Shown here one piece after another: positions 11,236 through 24,431 of a stretch of DNA of 64,000 nucleotides. The notes beneath the pieces are model-generated. The model was not told the origin of the DNA. It saw only the letters and a list, made by a program, of their open reading frames with translations, and searched no databases. Position numbers and translations under genes: made by a program. Numbering within the stretch: the first letter of the stretch is position 1; each line of letters begins with the position of its first letter. Origin of the DNA: Fimbriosthenelais zetlandica (taxonomy: Eukaryota); contig OZ365114.1 of assembly GCA_977030845.1 (NCBI GenBank), forward strand, positions 16,058,001 through 16,122,000. Direction: 5' to 3'.

Positions 11236-14215
11236 TCACTACTTAACATCAAATGCTGTCAACATCAGGGTTCAGAGGACGTTTTCCTCTCTTTTCAGTC
11301 AGTGTCCTATAGACAGGGAAAACTGTCTTCTGGATTTGTGATGGTTTGCAAAGCTCCTGAACACTGTTGCCGATATTGTATACGCCTGTGTAGCACTAGG
11401 GGACTCATCCAATCCATTTTTGTTGATATAATCATGGGGGTATATAGGATCTTCCATGTTATAACCAAGCAACTTTTGTGGTATCGCAGTTTTTATCGTT
11501 ATGTCCTTAGAACTGCTGTGAAATCTCCTGAAATCAGAACAGAATGATGATCAAGTTAAAGGGAGAGGGGACAACCTCTATATCTATGAGCAGGGACCTT
11601 TATGACTTGCATGTAATAAATAGGACAAGGTGGTGGGTGGAGAACCCAAGCACGGAAGCTAGGAAGGAAGGGCAGGAGCGACACAGTGTTGGCAGGTAAT
11701 CGGATGATTCGATTTTGGCGCCGGATTAGAATCTCCTGGGATCCATACCGGAGGAAGACCACTGGTTCAGTGGGCAAACGATTGATCTGTCAATTAGGCA
11801 CATGGTAGGGATTCCCAGCTATGCTTATTGCATCCTATAGGCGACTACTGCTCATGTAATTACTGATTGAATGGACTAGAAAGATACATGCATATCAATC
11901 AATTAGAGGCCGTAGGAAAATACTGATTAAACCTAATTCCAAGGGCAAAATGCTCAGCAAGAAGTTTTTAAGGCCCTTGGCTCTAGGGAGGGGAAAATAC
12001 TCTGAGGAATGTTGTTCGCTGAAAAATGTCTGCTATTTAGAAAGGCAAGGTTAATTCTCTATGGTTTAAATGTGTACAGATTAGGTTCTACACACGATCT
12101 GCAGTCCTGAATCAGCATGTCAGCAAAATCTTCCAAGTGTGTACACTGTGGGAGAGAAATGTGAGAGAAAAGTTCATAAAATTGCACGCCATGAAGCAGG
12201 ATATGCCTACATATTAAAAAAGGTATGAGCTATGTGAGTCTAATTACGTGTCGCTAGATATCGCCAGCCGCAACCAATATCAAGACATATCAAAACTCAA
12301 GAAAAGCACATCAAGTGCCTGGATAAGTAACGTCATCTCCCCGAGGAGGGATGCATCAACTTGGAAGCATGTAACTGAGTATGGAAGCCATCTCTGACAC
12401 GGAACCTAGTTAGTCTCTGTCATATGATCAGATGGAAATATGATTTTCAGCCGCCGAAAAAGAACATATCCCTGATGGATCCTGATGATCAGTCATCTTG
12501 ACCTGTCAGGTGGAGACTTATCAAATAAAGACAGGTCATAGACTGCTGATACTGTTGCATAAAAATCCTACATTTCTTGCCGCTCAGGCGATAAAATGTG
12601 AGTTAATCCAAACCTCGCATTGTCTGTTATTGCGGTGGATTTTGATGTTGAGACGTTATTTTGATACAATTAAAAGGGATGAGGTAGAAACACTGTATAT
12701 ATTCATGGATCCAAAGGTCGAATTACGAAGGCAAATTTGAATATGGAGGTGTTAAGATTAGTGAAGTGATTGATGTCTTATCAGATAATCTTAACCCAAA
12801 TTAGTGTGCAATCTCCTCTTATCATTTAGAGCTTATGATAAATGATACATTTATGTAATAAAAAGGTGGTACAGCATGTTACAGGGGATACATGTCAATA
12901 AAACAGATAAAAATAGGATCTGATGATCTATAGGGGTATTCCAAGAACCTCACGAAGGCTTAGTACTTGGTTGGATTATGAAGATCCAGCTCCCAGAACC
13001 TAGTCTCTCTCGTAAGCCCTGCACTGACACTGGTAGATTATAATGGAGACTTAATACCCAGCCGGATTTAAATAATATCACATTCAGTGGGAACACGTTC
13101 CTGGTCAAGTAAGCGACGCAAAGCCCAGCCAATCCGCACTCTTGTTTTGAGCGCTGAGACCATTTAAATCTGGACTAGTTCAAGTTTATTGATGTCTGTC
13201 AAAGAAAGTACCTGTTTGCAGAAGTCCCTCCCCCCATCCCATGATATTTCCCCTGAGGTTCGGGTCTGAATGTAAAGCCAATATTGGCGACGCTATATCC
13301 AAGCTGCCATTACTGCTATCGAACCGTTAAGTCCTTTTATCCCCTCCTCCCCCTTCCTTCCACACTCACTTTTCAGGCCTCACAAGTGTGGTTAATTTAG
13401 AATCTGGTGAGGAGAAGGAAAAACACCAACTTTCCCGTGCCTTCAATCCTCCCTTCAATGTCCTCTTGGACTAATGAACCAAGGGTGATTGGCTGTTCAA
13501 GTCTGGCTAAAAGTAGGAGTCTGGGAATGGATGAGGAGACATGGGAATGGAGTACCCTGATAAAATAATTCACAGCAACCTGGTATCATGGACGTGTTTT
13601 CAAAAGTTATGCTCACTCACAGAGGGTCTCGGCAAATCTAGTTAAAATCTGATCCTTCAAGGAGCCTTCCCATTGCTCGTTTCCTAATGAAGACTCCTCC
13701 TGGGGCAAAATTAAAACACTTAATCTGGCTAATTCGTCAGTGTAATGAAAAAGGGGGGATGGCAGCATGATTTGAATAATGGAGGAATCTGGGGTAGAAG
13801 CAAAGGATCATAGGAGTGATTGTGGTTAATAAACCGAAGTAAACGTTCAAGAGACACTGAGGAATCCTAGTATAGGACTTGAGATGTGGGCATTCTATTT
13901 TGCAAAATGTTGGAAATCAACTCATAGACTTATTTCCTCAGTGCTTTATCATGTATTCTTGATATTTCTACCAAGGGAAAGCATGGAAATGACTATGATG
14001 AGGAGAATATGGCAGTTTATTTGTTGATAGAAGCTTCCTGCACTGGGCAAATGAAATCATCCAGACATTATTAAGGGGGAGAGTGTGGACCATGCCTGGA
14101 CTTAATGCGATGAGGCACTGACATGGGCAGGACACACAGACAGAGAGAAGCTGTCAGTGTCACAGTAGATGTGAGCTGATGATAGCAGAGGGAGAGGATG
14201 AAGGAGGATGGTGAC

Positions 14216-14235
14216 GGGAAGGGAAAGGGAAAGGG
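14216..14235 (+). repeat. (GGGAAA)n purine run, canonical G-quadruplex motif
   Basis: GGG-AA-GGG-AAA-GGG-AAA-GGG read directly. Confidence 0.6.
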
Positions 14236-15145
14236 AGCGGAGGAGGGGTAAGGGGACACTTTATCATGTCAGAGGGTTGGATGTTGGCTATCAGCTAGCT
14301 CGATCTAACCTTAGATGAAGTATATGAAAAAATCTAAACTTCTATTCTCCAACTCATGAAAGGTTTTGGCTCATTATGAGTCTATAGATATCTTATTCAT
14401 ACTACAATGTTGGCCAGCTTGCATGAACATATGTTTATGATTGCGTAGCTCTTCAAATGTGATTGAATCTCCTTCATACACACCCTTCAAACTTTTTTGT
14501 GCGGGACATGTCCACCTACTGATTAGAATTAGAGCAGTTCCTACTTATAATGGAATGCCTTTGTTTTGTGATGAGTTCCAGTTGATAGGTTTCTGATGGA
14601 TGGAGTGATGAATCTTTAAAGAAGATGGATGGGGCACTCCCCTAGATGGGATATTTGAACAATTAAAGATATGTAAGAAGGTTTAGGAGGGTGCACTAGT
14701 GGAGCCAGTTGCACCTAAGGACGCTGCAATAATGGAAGAGGAATCGGGAGGTAAGATAAGACCTCCGGGTTGCTATGACAATGACAACTGACTGATGGAT
14801 GGGGAGGGATGAGGTCTAATGATGGATTGAGTTGAGTCTGGAAGATGAATTGCTAGCAGGTATATATAGTAGGCTAACTTTATGTCTTATATATATAAAA
14901 ATGTATGCCTTATAGTCCCATTATAATGGTCCAGACATCCTTCTTTGTGGTCTTTGAAGTTCTCCTTCTTGCGGCCAATAGCAATTACTGAGTTACTGAG
15001 TTTTTGGCGATGGTCGGATCTATCAGACTTTCTATGTTGTCATTGTATGCAGTACAGCTCAGAAATCTCCAGCTGTTGCTTTTCAAATTATGAAATTTAT
15101 CTTTTAAGATGAAATTAAAATAATGATCTTTCTCTTATTTTACAG

Positions 15146-15206
15146 GTGAGTGAGTTAGATATTTGTCCAGTGCACGTTCATTGTAGCAATGTCACCTTCG
15201 CTTCAG
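15146..15206 (+). other. Candidate 61-nt exon whose first bases reconstitute a 5' splice site (recursive-splice-like exon)
   Basis: Acceptor tgatctttctcttattttacag is followed immediately by GTGAGT; the exon closes with cttcag|GTAAGT. One open frame: VSELDICPVHVHCSNVTFAS. Confidence 0.45.
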
Positions 15207-17289
15207 GTAAGTTCATAGTGACTACTATGTCACCTCCACTTCTCACTTTATTGGATGTACTATTGTCATATTCCCGGATGAAGACCTTTTCCTTTTTCTT
15301 TCCGTCCCTTTTTGGTTAATTTAAGGTATCATCTTCCAGAGGATTTTAAAATATAATTTCTGTTGCCACTCTAAACATCGAAGTTAATAGAAGTAAGGAA
15401 GGTAGATATTAGAAAATGAGGGACGCATATATATGTTCAAACACTCCAAATGCTTAGATGGATAGACGTGATTTTGAGTCTCTCAGACATGTAACAAACC
15501 TCCTGTAGATCCCCAGACACATGTTTCATTGTCATACGACGTCTTCCCAAATGTTGCCTCCCCAGCCAATCTTTACTCATCACACACCTCATACCAGTTT
15601 GCAAATAGACATCCACAAAGACGGCGAAGAAAAAAAAGAATGAAAGGGTGGGGGGATGAAGGACGGGGGGCTGTGGGAAGTGTGATGATGGGACGAGACA
15701 GTGGTATAGTGTAGAAGCCGGCAGGAGGGAGCATTGATATTCTGTCCAAGATAAGATAACTTCAATGGCTGCTGACGAGCAGTTCTGAGAGCAGTTCGCC
15801 TGAGTGAACAGAGCATGACCTAGCCGTCGTAGCAACCGCAATCAATACACTGCTCGACAAGATCAGAGAAGCTCCCACTCAACCCGACGTCAGCGACGTC
15901 AGCAACATGACGGCATGACGTGATGGCTCCGGTGAGAAGCACGGTGGTCAGAAGGGTCCGGGACAAGGTTATCGGAATGACCTTGCAAGGGGAGGTCCAG
16001 GCCACAACTGATTAGAATCTTGAGCAGGGCCGTCAGGTTAGGAGCAAGGGTGGGGAAAGCAGTGCCTTCTCCCACTGGGTGGCTTCTGGCCCTTTGCGTG
16101 CTCCATGTGATACAGACAAGAGGCTGCAAAGTATCAGATGACAAGGAGAGGGACACTGAATATGACTGTAATTGAAAAAGAAGGGTTTTCAGATGGTTGT
16201 TGGATTGGAGTGTTCCTTCTGAATGAAGTTCGTTGAAGCTGACATGCTACATGTCTGACTCGAAGAAGCTTGAAAACAGACTTGCACATATATACTAAAG
16301 TATTATAATTATGTGCATTTTTTCATTATGTGCAAATTTCATTTGGTTTTCACTTCACTCAGAATGTTTCTATTAGCCATTCTGCTATTTTTGCTGTACA
16401 ATAGGCTACTGGTTACAAGAGGCTTCTTCCAGGAGATTAAAATGACCCTTTAAAATATAACTAACCTTTGATGTGCATCAAAGAGTAAAGACCAACAACC
16501 TTCCTAAAGCTCACAGGATTTGACGGCTTTATAGACAATCCATGGCAAAAAAGACAATTCTAAGCTCTGGAAGCTGAAACACTGGCGCAATCGCAGTTGA
16601 ATGGCTTGCATTCGATCAGCATATATAGCCTGCAATAACAGGTACAGTGGCTTTCTGTGGCAAGGCATTGTCTACATGCCAGAATAGATATCGATCATGT
16701 GGCACACCAGTCAGGATTCCATAAGGACTGCCTCTTCTGATCCCCTGAAGGCCATAATCCCTCATTATATGTTAGATATTCTTTCCCTTTCACTGCCATT
16801 GCATGACAAGAACCCTATATAGGTTCCCCTTGCAATAAAGATTACAGAATTTCCTTTGGTGGTTGAAGTCTACTGTTGAAATGACCTTGTCTACAGCTAT
16901 AGGGCATCCACTGATGATACGTCAAGGTCATTTGGAACACAAGTCCGGTTCAGTCCGAGAAGAGACTGCGAATTTCCGGGCATCTATTAGTAAAAGCCTT
17001 GGTAAAAATCCAATGGACTGCTCCATCACCCAATTTACCAGGGTGTGGGGATTCGCCTACTCCAACATCCAAGTTTGATACATAGGATCAGGAGTGTCCA
17101 ATTTAAAACAAGAGTCACACCCAGACTAATCTAGAAGTCGGGAAAACAATTTTAGATGTTTTGCCTCGAGGACAGAAGTTGATAGCTTAAAGACTAGATT
17201 AATTAGACTGTTTCTGTGGAGGCTATTCATTGGTAAATCAGTCACTGCTGTAGGCTAATTAAATTAGTTTTACCACAGTGTAGTATTCA

Positions 17290-17530
17290 ACTTTCAAGCT
17301 TGTTCAAGAATGTATTGATAAATTGATTGCATTGAGAGTATCTCATATGAGTTTAGTCAACATTGCTGATGTATCGCAAATTGGATTGATATCATGGGTC
17401 ATGCTTATATAATAACGTGCAAAATATGAGACACTCCATGAAAATATGATACAGATTATATTGACCGATATGCTACACAAACATGTATCCAATTTAATTA
17501 AATTGAAGAGCCTCTGCATGTATATACAAT
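17290..17530 (-). pseudogene. Degraded 3' end of a LINE ORF2 (C-terminal CCHC zinc knuckle)
   Basis: Minus-strand peptides across a frameshift: QRLFNLIKLDTCLCS, then YHIFMEC, then NQFINTFLNKL. These resemble the LN.HL..NL...C.CG..E...H.F..C...IF..V..FI end of invertebrate LINE ORF2. Motif recall only. Confidence 0.35.
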
Positions 17531-17930
17531 TCTGAGGGGACATTGGATGTAGTAGCCCTTCTGGTGAATACATTTCATATGCATAGAGGAATGAGCTTTT
17601 AATTTAGGAAGTATCATCCAAGATAGGGCAGCTTAACACTAAGCTTTTGCTTCCCCAACCAAAGAGAAGTTAAGTTATGCTTAGTATATAGATAACTTCA
17701 AATTTACTTTAAAGCTCTTCCATTTATTTTGATAGTTTTAAGTAAAAGGACAGGTCGTAGACCTTGAATAAGTTAATGACAATCGATGGCTATGGCATAA
17801 AGTCAATACTATCAAAGCATAGGCCTTAAAGGCCCTCTCTAAGGCAGACTCAATCACTGAAGTTGTCCATAGCACTTGAGGCAGACCCCTTATATGCAAT
17901 TCCGAATCTTGGGATCAATACTGGGGGAGT

Positions 17931-19000
17931 TTACAAATATACAAATATAGCCATGGGACTAAGGAATAAAACTAAAGAACTTCGTCCGAGCTAAATATTA
18001 GATGGAAATATGGAAGTTTATATTTTCATCGTATTGAGCTTGGTAATTCCGACTTCATGAAGTCAAAATTATTGATCAATAAATGCTTTCAAGGCGGTAC
18101 TTGAAATAATCTTATAATATTGCTGCTGTTGCACAATATTGAATATCCACATTAAAATCGATGAGCAGGTCTGCTTGGTCAATCTTTGAATTAGATGGAA
18201 GCGAATGCACAGAATGATAGGATGAATATGGCTGGTATCAGAAACATAATGACAGAGCCGCAGCCTCTTTGACAGGGCCTAAACTAGCTCATATTACGTT
18301 TGGATGCATCCAATACTTTGGACAAACACCATTCAAGTGGATTCAGTCCCGAGTAGCAAGAGTTCAGGCTCTTTGATCAGCACCCCCGACACGGGGACAT
18401 TCTTCAGGTTCACATAGCATATATCAGATTGACCTAAATGTCCATCTATGAAAATACAAGACCTAGAGGTTTCGAACTACATGGTCAAGCCAGAAAAATT
18501 AATGGTGGTAAAAGAACGTGGAAACATAAATATTAATGGTTCTTTCACTGCAGTATAATTATGGTGGTTTCAAGGCTTGCAGTGATTATATACGAGGTTG
18601 AGCTTTGAATATGAGTCCTGGATATCAATATCAAACGTTGATCTTGCAGGGTTGCTTGACGTGCAGCTTGGTCATTAGATGGAGCTGATTTCAATGCACC
18701 ATTCTATAAAATTACATTAGGTGTACACATCCATCACATGGATTCTTCTCCTGGGGGTTTATTGTTCCGGACCCATCAGGATGCCTTGTGTAAAATAGCC
18801 ATATCCAGACATGGAGACTAGCTGAGTGTGGTATAGAGCCGAACCTAAATGGACTTGAAGGATGAGCTCCATAAATCAAATGAAGAATAAGACTAAAGCA
18901 ATTGCCATGTTGTATTGTGGATTAGCCATGGCAGAAACTCGCTCTTACCCAGTGCCACTAAGTTGTATCCAATACTCCACTGCACTTGCAGTAAGTCATA
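17931..19000 (-). pseudogene. Highly degraded Helentron-type RepHel C-terminus (helicase motif plus fused APE endonuclease)
   Basis: In order on the minus strand with frameshifts: EYWIQLSGTG (~18950-18978), SGY/AILHKA (~18782-18812, like AYAITIHKSQG), QRGCGSVIMF (18241-18271), LIDFNVDI (18142-18165, GDFN motif), GITKLNT..SIFPSNI, and LFLSPMAIFVYL* ending at 17931 (like YFSDHKPI). An APE domain C-terminal to a helicase is the known Helentron layout. Confidence 0.4.
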
Positions 19001-20336
19001 ATAATAGAGATTTATGCCGTCGTGTCCGTTTCTTCCTATGCTATAAGGCTATGTCATTTAGTTTGTGTGATATTGCAAGGACAGTGCATGGGTTGAATAT
19101 TAATAGCGTATTCGACGGTTCCTATCCTGTAAGGAAATAGCAAGTCTCTTAGCATGGTTCTCCTGTATATATAAGTATATACCTTTTTCATATGGAGGCC
19201 ATGTTATTGCCGGGGATTCCTACTAAAGTGGGTTTATAAGGGAACTCTGCTCATAAGGTTCCAGTGAATACCCATCAATCTATCTTATCATGGCCTATCA
19301 TGTTCTATATCATATATAAGCTGGGGAATGGATTAATTCCCCTTGGTATATCATAGAAAGCTTGCTTCATAAGGACAATCTGGGGGCATGTATACTGTGT
19401 ACACAGAAGGCAAATAACCTGCCCATGCAGTGCTTAATAAGGTAATGCAAGACTAGGAGGTATGGAAAGTAATATATCTACATAATATATTAGTCATGTT
19501 ATAGACCCTGGTATCATTTATATATCACATTCCGCTAGTACAAAAGAAGATTGGAAAGAATAGGGGATAGGGATAGGGGCTATGCTGATGCGAAGGGAGT
19601 TAGTTAACCAGTGTTGGAATGAAGGCCAGCAAAGTATAGCAATGCCCAAAATACACTGACATGTTGACCTTTACTAATATTTCTATTCTGCATGTCCGTT
19701 TTAGGCATGTAGGGCATTTCGAATATGCTATAAATTCTTTCTTTGTCTCTTCCATGGAACAGCAGAATTCATTTTAGCTCGAGTGGCTGACCATGGAAAT
19801 ATCAAGCCCATTTAATCTCAGTAGCGTTTGAAAATCACTTCATCTCTGTAATTAGGCTGTTGCCTAGACATCAATTATTGATTTTTCCTTACAAAAAACA
19901 AATTATATCCTGCCGCTAGCTAGATCAGAGCGTATCACTGCCATAACAGGCAAGAGTCAAAGAAAGCATTCAATCGGGTCAGCCATCTTTTTAAGTCAAA
20001 TTTAACGCTTGGTGGGTCAGAGATTAATGTACCATTACATTATGTGGATGGCCTGTGTTTGTGATAAGTTGTCCTGCTCCTTTTTTCCTGCCCCTTTCTA
20101 CTATAGTGTGTGGCACAGGGGAAATGTACAAAGGACCAATGGTGTAATGGCCTGTGGGTCATTTTGTAATGGATACGGGACTGGCACGGGGCCTCCAATC
20201 ATTATGGTTTCCAGTTACTGCCTCTATTCACCTTTAGCCTGGACTAACTGAGCCAGAGCTACTATATAGACCCTCTCCTCAAAGGCTATTACAGATTAAA
20301 GGAATGAGACGCAGAAACAGGAGCGGAGTTACTTAC

Positions 20337-20408
20337 TTTTTTTCTGGACGACTCGTGAATGTTGTGAATCTTCTGACGTTGTCTCCTGTATACTTTCCTC
20401 GATTTCAT
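20337..20408 (-). CDS. Possible first coding exon of an unidentified minus-strand gene (MKSRKVYRRQRQKIHNIHESSRKK)
   Basis: ATG at 20408, 24 open codons, phase-0 perfect donor GTAAGT (20336-20331), next to a CpG-enriched island at ~20.3-21.0 kb. Downstream exons were not identified; it could be a 5'UTR exon. Confidence 0.35.
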
Positions 20409-20419
20409 GACGATTTCAA

Positions 20420-21000
20420 GTATAGTTTCTTAACAACCTATTTACATTCAAAACAAATTGTATGACCTAAATTAATGTTCTTCGGTGGGATATTTTGGCC
20501 TCATAATACTCAATTGCGTAGGTGTTCCGCGTAGGTGTTCCATGTAAGCCTATGCGTTTCATATCGGCTTAAAATGTTTGGAAATATGACGGCACTCCAT
20601 CCGTTGAAAAAATAACTCTCAATCATTTTATGGTTTAATGTTATTTTTGGCATACATCGGTGATGATTGGACCCGAGGGTATTATTTGCTTATTAAGTGA
20701 ATGGAAAAACGACTGCTTTGCCACTCTGTGTCTGCGCGTTAGTTGAACATTGTCCTTTGATCTTTAAGAGGCAATTAATGAGATTTTATAATTAAAGCCT
20801 AGTGAAATAAGCTGGGTACCTAGGGTTTAAACCAGTCAACCCTGCCGAGCAACATGGCATCAGCTGCAGCCATGTATCATAATATGGTTCCATAAAGTAC
20901 TCGACTAGAAAATAACAGACAAGCAATAAACAATTCACGCTGTGAACGATTGTCGCCGAGAAATTTGGAAGTTATAATTCAGTTTACTGTAACATTACAA
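20420..21000. promoter_or_regulatory. CpG-enriched promoter-like island with a 13-bp tandem duplication
   Basis: Visible CpG excess over the flanks; gcgtaggtgttcc twice at 20516-20541; lies directly upstream of the candidate exon. Confidence 0.35.
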
Positions 21001-22773
21001 GATTATGTGATGATGTCAGTCAGGATTTTGCTGAATCAAGATATTGCATAACGTTGTAAGCAAATATGAAACTGTGTATAAGTATTTTACTGAAAACAAT
21101 TTAATATAACGTGTGGGCCTATAGGATTTGATAAAAATCAAGATGTAAGAAGAGGGATAGATTACCCGGCTTCCGTCCATAGGGTAAGTTTCTTGCTTTC
21201 TTGCCAGCAAGTTCACAGACAGGGCCTTGTAACTTGAATCCATTACCCATATCAAAGTGCACTATTTGAATTTAATAAGGTGAACAGCAGGAAAAATCAT
21301 GACTTTTATTTCCCTGTTATAAACTGATTAAATTTGTCATCTGATAACATTGGACATTTCTTGTTGTTCATACAGTATGATCTCCATCCGACGCCGAGCC
21401 CACGTGCATTGGTCCTTCTCGACCTTTCACATTTACGAGTCTCCCCGAGAAAGTAGGCCTATATGCCTTGGCATTGCCAATAATGGCCACAGTCAATTAG
21501 GGTAATGCAATTTGCAACTGCAGACCATTATATATGATAAGTTTATCAAAGAAAATGTCTCCCATTTCTGCATAAATGCGGAGTCCCCTTGAAGAAGTTG
21601 GCAGCTTGATCTTCGTTAAAGGGGCTTTACTGACATTGTCCCAGTATCTAACCTTTTATATAGAGAGTGCTTTAGAGCCTTCCGCATTATTCATGCCCTG
21701 CAAATTCCACCATTTACCACGTGATACGGGTCATCAGGACCAGATGGGCCACGTGACCTCTTGAACACTCACCAGAGGGCACCACCTGCAAGGTCACGTG
21801 CCTGTGTAATGTAACGAAAACGAGGCTACACTGTTTAATATCCTGGAAGGGGAAAACGCCTTTCTATTCTCCCCATTATGACACTAACTTTAATACATAG
21901 ACCTTTGTTTTACCTCATTTCACCCTGGCCAAAATGGAATGGAGGGAGAAGTGGGCTGGTTGGCCTTTAGGTTGCCCTTCCCAAGACACCTTTGCCCTCC
22001 AGGCAACCTAATCCCGTAATCTCATCCAATCTACTTTTTTCTCGGCCACCTTATTTGGATGCCCAGAAGAGTGGCTAAAGGCGAAGGGTTCTTGTTTCTC
22101 TCCTGCAAGTGGCCAGGCCTGGTAACGAATGACCCATACCACAGGCCAATTTCCATAATGGCCGAAAACTGCGACCAGCAATGTTCGCGCCCCGATCAAG
22201 CTTTGATTTCCTCAATCAACTCAGCCGTCTCATCACACCCATTCCAACCCCGATAAGACTCCGGTCAAGGAGCCATTCATGAAAAAAGGCCATTTTTTAT
22301 CTGGCCTGGGTTTCCTCATCCTCTCCCACCATCATTTTGTCTCTCAACAACAACCTCTTCGATTACTCTTATCAAGCCCTTGTCACGGCTTGGGCTAAAT
22401 AGATGCCGCAGGAATTCAATACTTCCCAAGGAAAGGGCAATCTTATGCAGTTCACAGTGGCCCACTAACAAGAACAAACGGTACCCAGGACAGTTGGGAG
22501 TGAAGAACTCCTGTTTACCTCCGAAAGTACTGCTAACAACTGGTTGTCTGAGTGGCTGAGGAACATTTAAGTGGATACATGGCCCCCAACACAATTATCT
22601 CAAGGTTTACAAGGGTCTGGCTCAATAAATAAATGATGCACAGCCTGGATAATGGCTGGGACAAAAAGGATTGTACTATCCAGTGATCTTTAAGAAATAT
22701 TGAGGGCTATATCTTTGGTCGGACTGGTTTCCCAACAGCAACAACCGGCACACAATAATACGTTATGGTAGGA

Positions 22774-22796
22774 TTTTTTTTTTTTTTTTTTTTTTT
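22774..22796. repeat. Poly(T)23 tract
   Basis: Read directly; no TSD or recognisable element body attached. Confidence 0.9.
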
Positions 22797-24153
22797 ACAA
22801 AAAGGCAAGAGTTTAAGGGAGAACTATGAGGATAATCAGGTTATAGATTGTTGATAGCCCTAGCAGTGTATGAAGTAAAACAACATAATGTAACATTGTA
22901 TATAGGGTTGTGCACTGGGATAGCCACTATACATGTATATACTCTGCAACTCCATTTGCTAAATTGCTAGGCTCTGCAGAGGAGGTGGCCGGGCAGCTTG
23001 CCCTTGCTTACTTATTCCCAGCATGTCAGAGCACAATGAACTCATCCTAACTTTGGCCTCGATCCTAGATGTGAAGACAGATTGGGAAACACTTGCGAGC
23101 TTTCAGCCAACTGCAGCAAGGCTTTTGCCCTGGCAATGGCAGTAAGGAGTAAGGAGGGTGGCAACATGTCTTCACCATCCGGAGGCTATTACTGAGGACA
23201 AGTTTTATGCATCTATCGGAACTGGCCTTTATTTCCAATCATTAAAGTCAGATAGACCTGGGGATTTCCACTCTGTGGTTGACCATACATCAAGTTCTTT
23301 CTTGAGAATGTTCCATTTCCAGGCAGATCTCCAGCCAGAATACAGTTTCTTATTGCCTTTTTGGTGGGCAAGCTAAGGACTTGAATCTGAAATCAGGGCG
23401 GTATTCATATCTGACGTGCTGTGGTCAGAGGGATACGCAATTTATTAGCTACCCCCATTGCTATGTCAGCATGAAGTCGAATATTTATTTTCAGCGCATT
23501 GATATACTATCTCCACGAGATATCCTCTCTTGCCGGTAAGCCTTGTGGAATGCAACAAATCGATCCTTAACATCCATATGCCAATTGGAGGGACCCCATG
23601 AAACCGCGTAGACTCTGCTCCACAGTCATGAGCATGCAATGGAAGGCACATTACTGAAGTGGGCCAAGCCTTGTTTAGTTGGCTCAAGGTTAAGGGCAAG
23701 TGACTCCTCTGCCAAACGCAGACTTAGAGTCTTGTAGATGGTTCTGCCCCGAGGAAGTTGCCATACCGTTACAGTGCATATTGATATTTGATGCAGACAG
23801 AGAGCTATCAATCTTGTCTATATTGATGATCTATCGGTGGGTTACTCGAAGAGAAATAAACAGTGGTATTTCCCATTATACTGCCAATACATCATTCTAT
23901 AGTCAGATATCAAGTATATCGAAGATGGAAAATGGACTACTTGCTGGGCATTGTATGAATTGTGAAACATACGTACCAACAACAATGAAATATAATGTTG
24001 TTATATTATGCGATTTATGATTTAAACTTTTCAAAGAATGTACCAGTATAGGCATTCTATGTGAGGAATAGTGATTATATAGAATTGTGATTGAAGCCAT
24101 GATATGTATGGATTCAGCCATGCATAATGCTGTCGCCTGTTAGGTTTTATCAG

Positions 24154-24431
24154 ATTTTACTCTTCTTACAAAAGTTGAAAACCATTCAGACTTTATACGA
24201 TCATCTGGACCATCAACTTCGTGAACAGATTGTGTGACTAGGAAAAAGGAAATTGATTTATTTTTAAGAACATAATCTTTCTTTTTTTATTACAGGCTCA
24301 AAATCATAATTTTATCGCAGCTTCCCATGCGTCGAAGGAACTTAAAGAACCCACTAATCAATGCCCTGCTTCAAGAAAGCGGGATTTCAAGGAAGGAAAA
24401 TAATTCTAAACGTCAATTTGTTGCGCTGTAG
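24154..24431 (+). other. Possible two-exon coding fragment (24154-24233, 24296-24431) with a 62-nt intron
   Basis: ttttatcag| exon |GTGACT...ctttttttattacag| exon. The spliced product ILLFLQKLKTIQTLYDHLDHQLREQIVLKIIILSQLPMRRRNLKNPLINALLQESGISRKENNSKRQFVAL* stays in frame. The donor is weak and I recognise no homology. Confidence 0.2.

Noticed and set aside
15820-16005. Cys-containing ORF superficially like an insulin B-chain prepropeptide
   Set aside because: Cys spacing does not fit CG..L...L..vC, and there is no A chain or dibasic sites.
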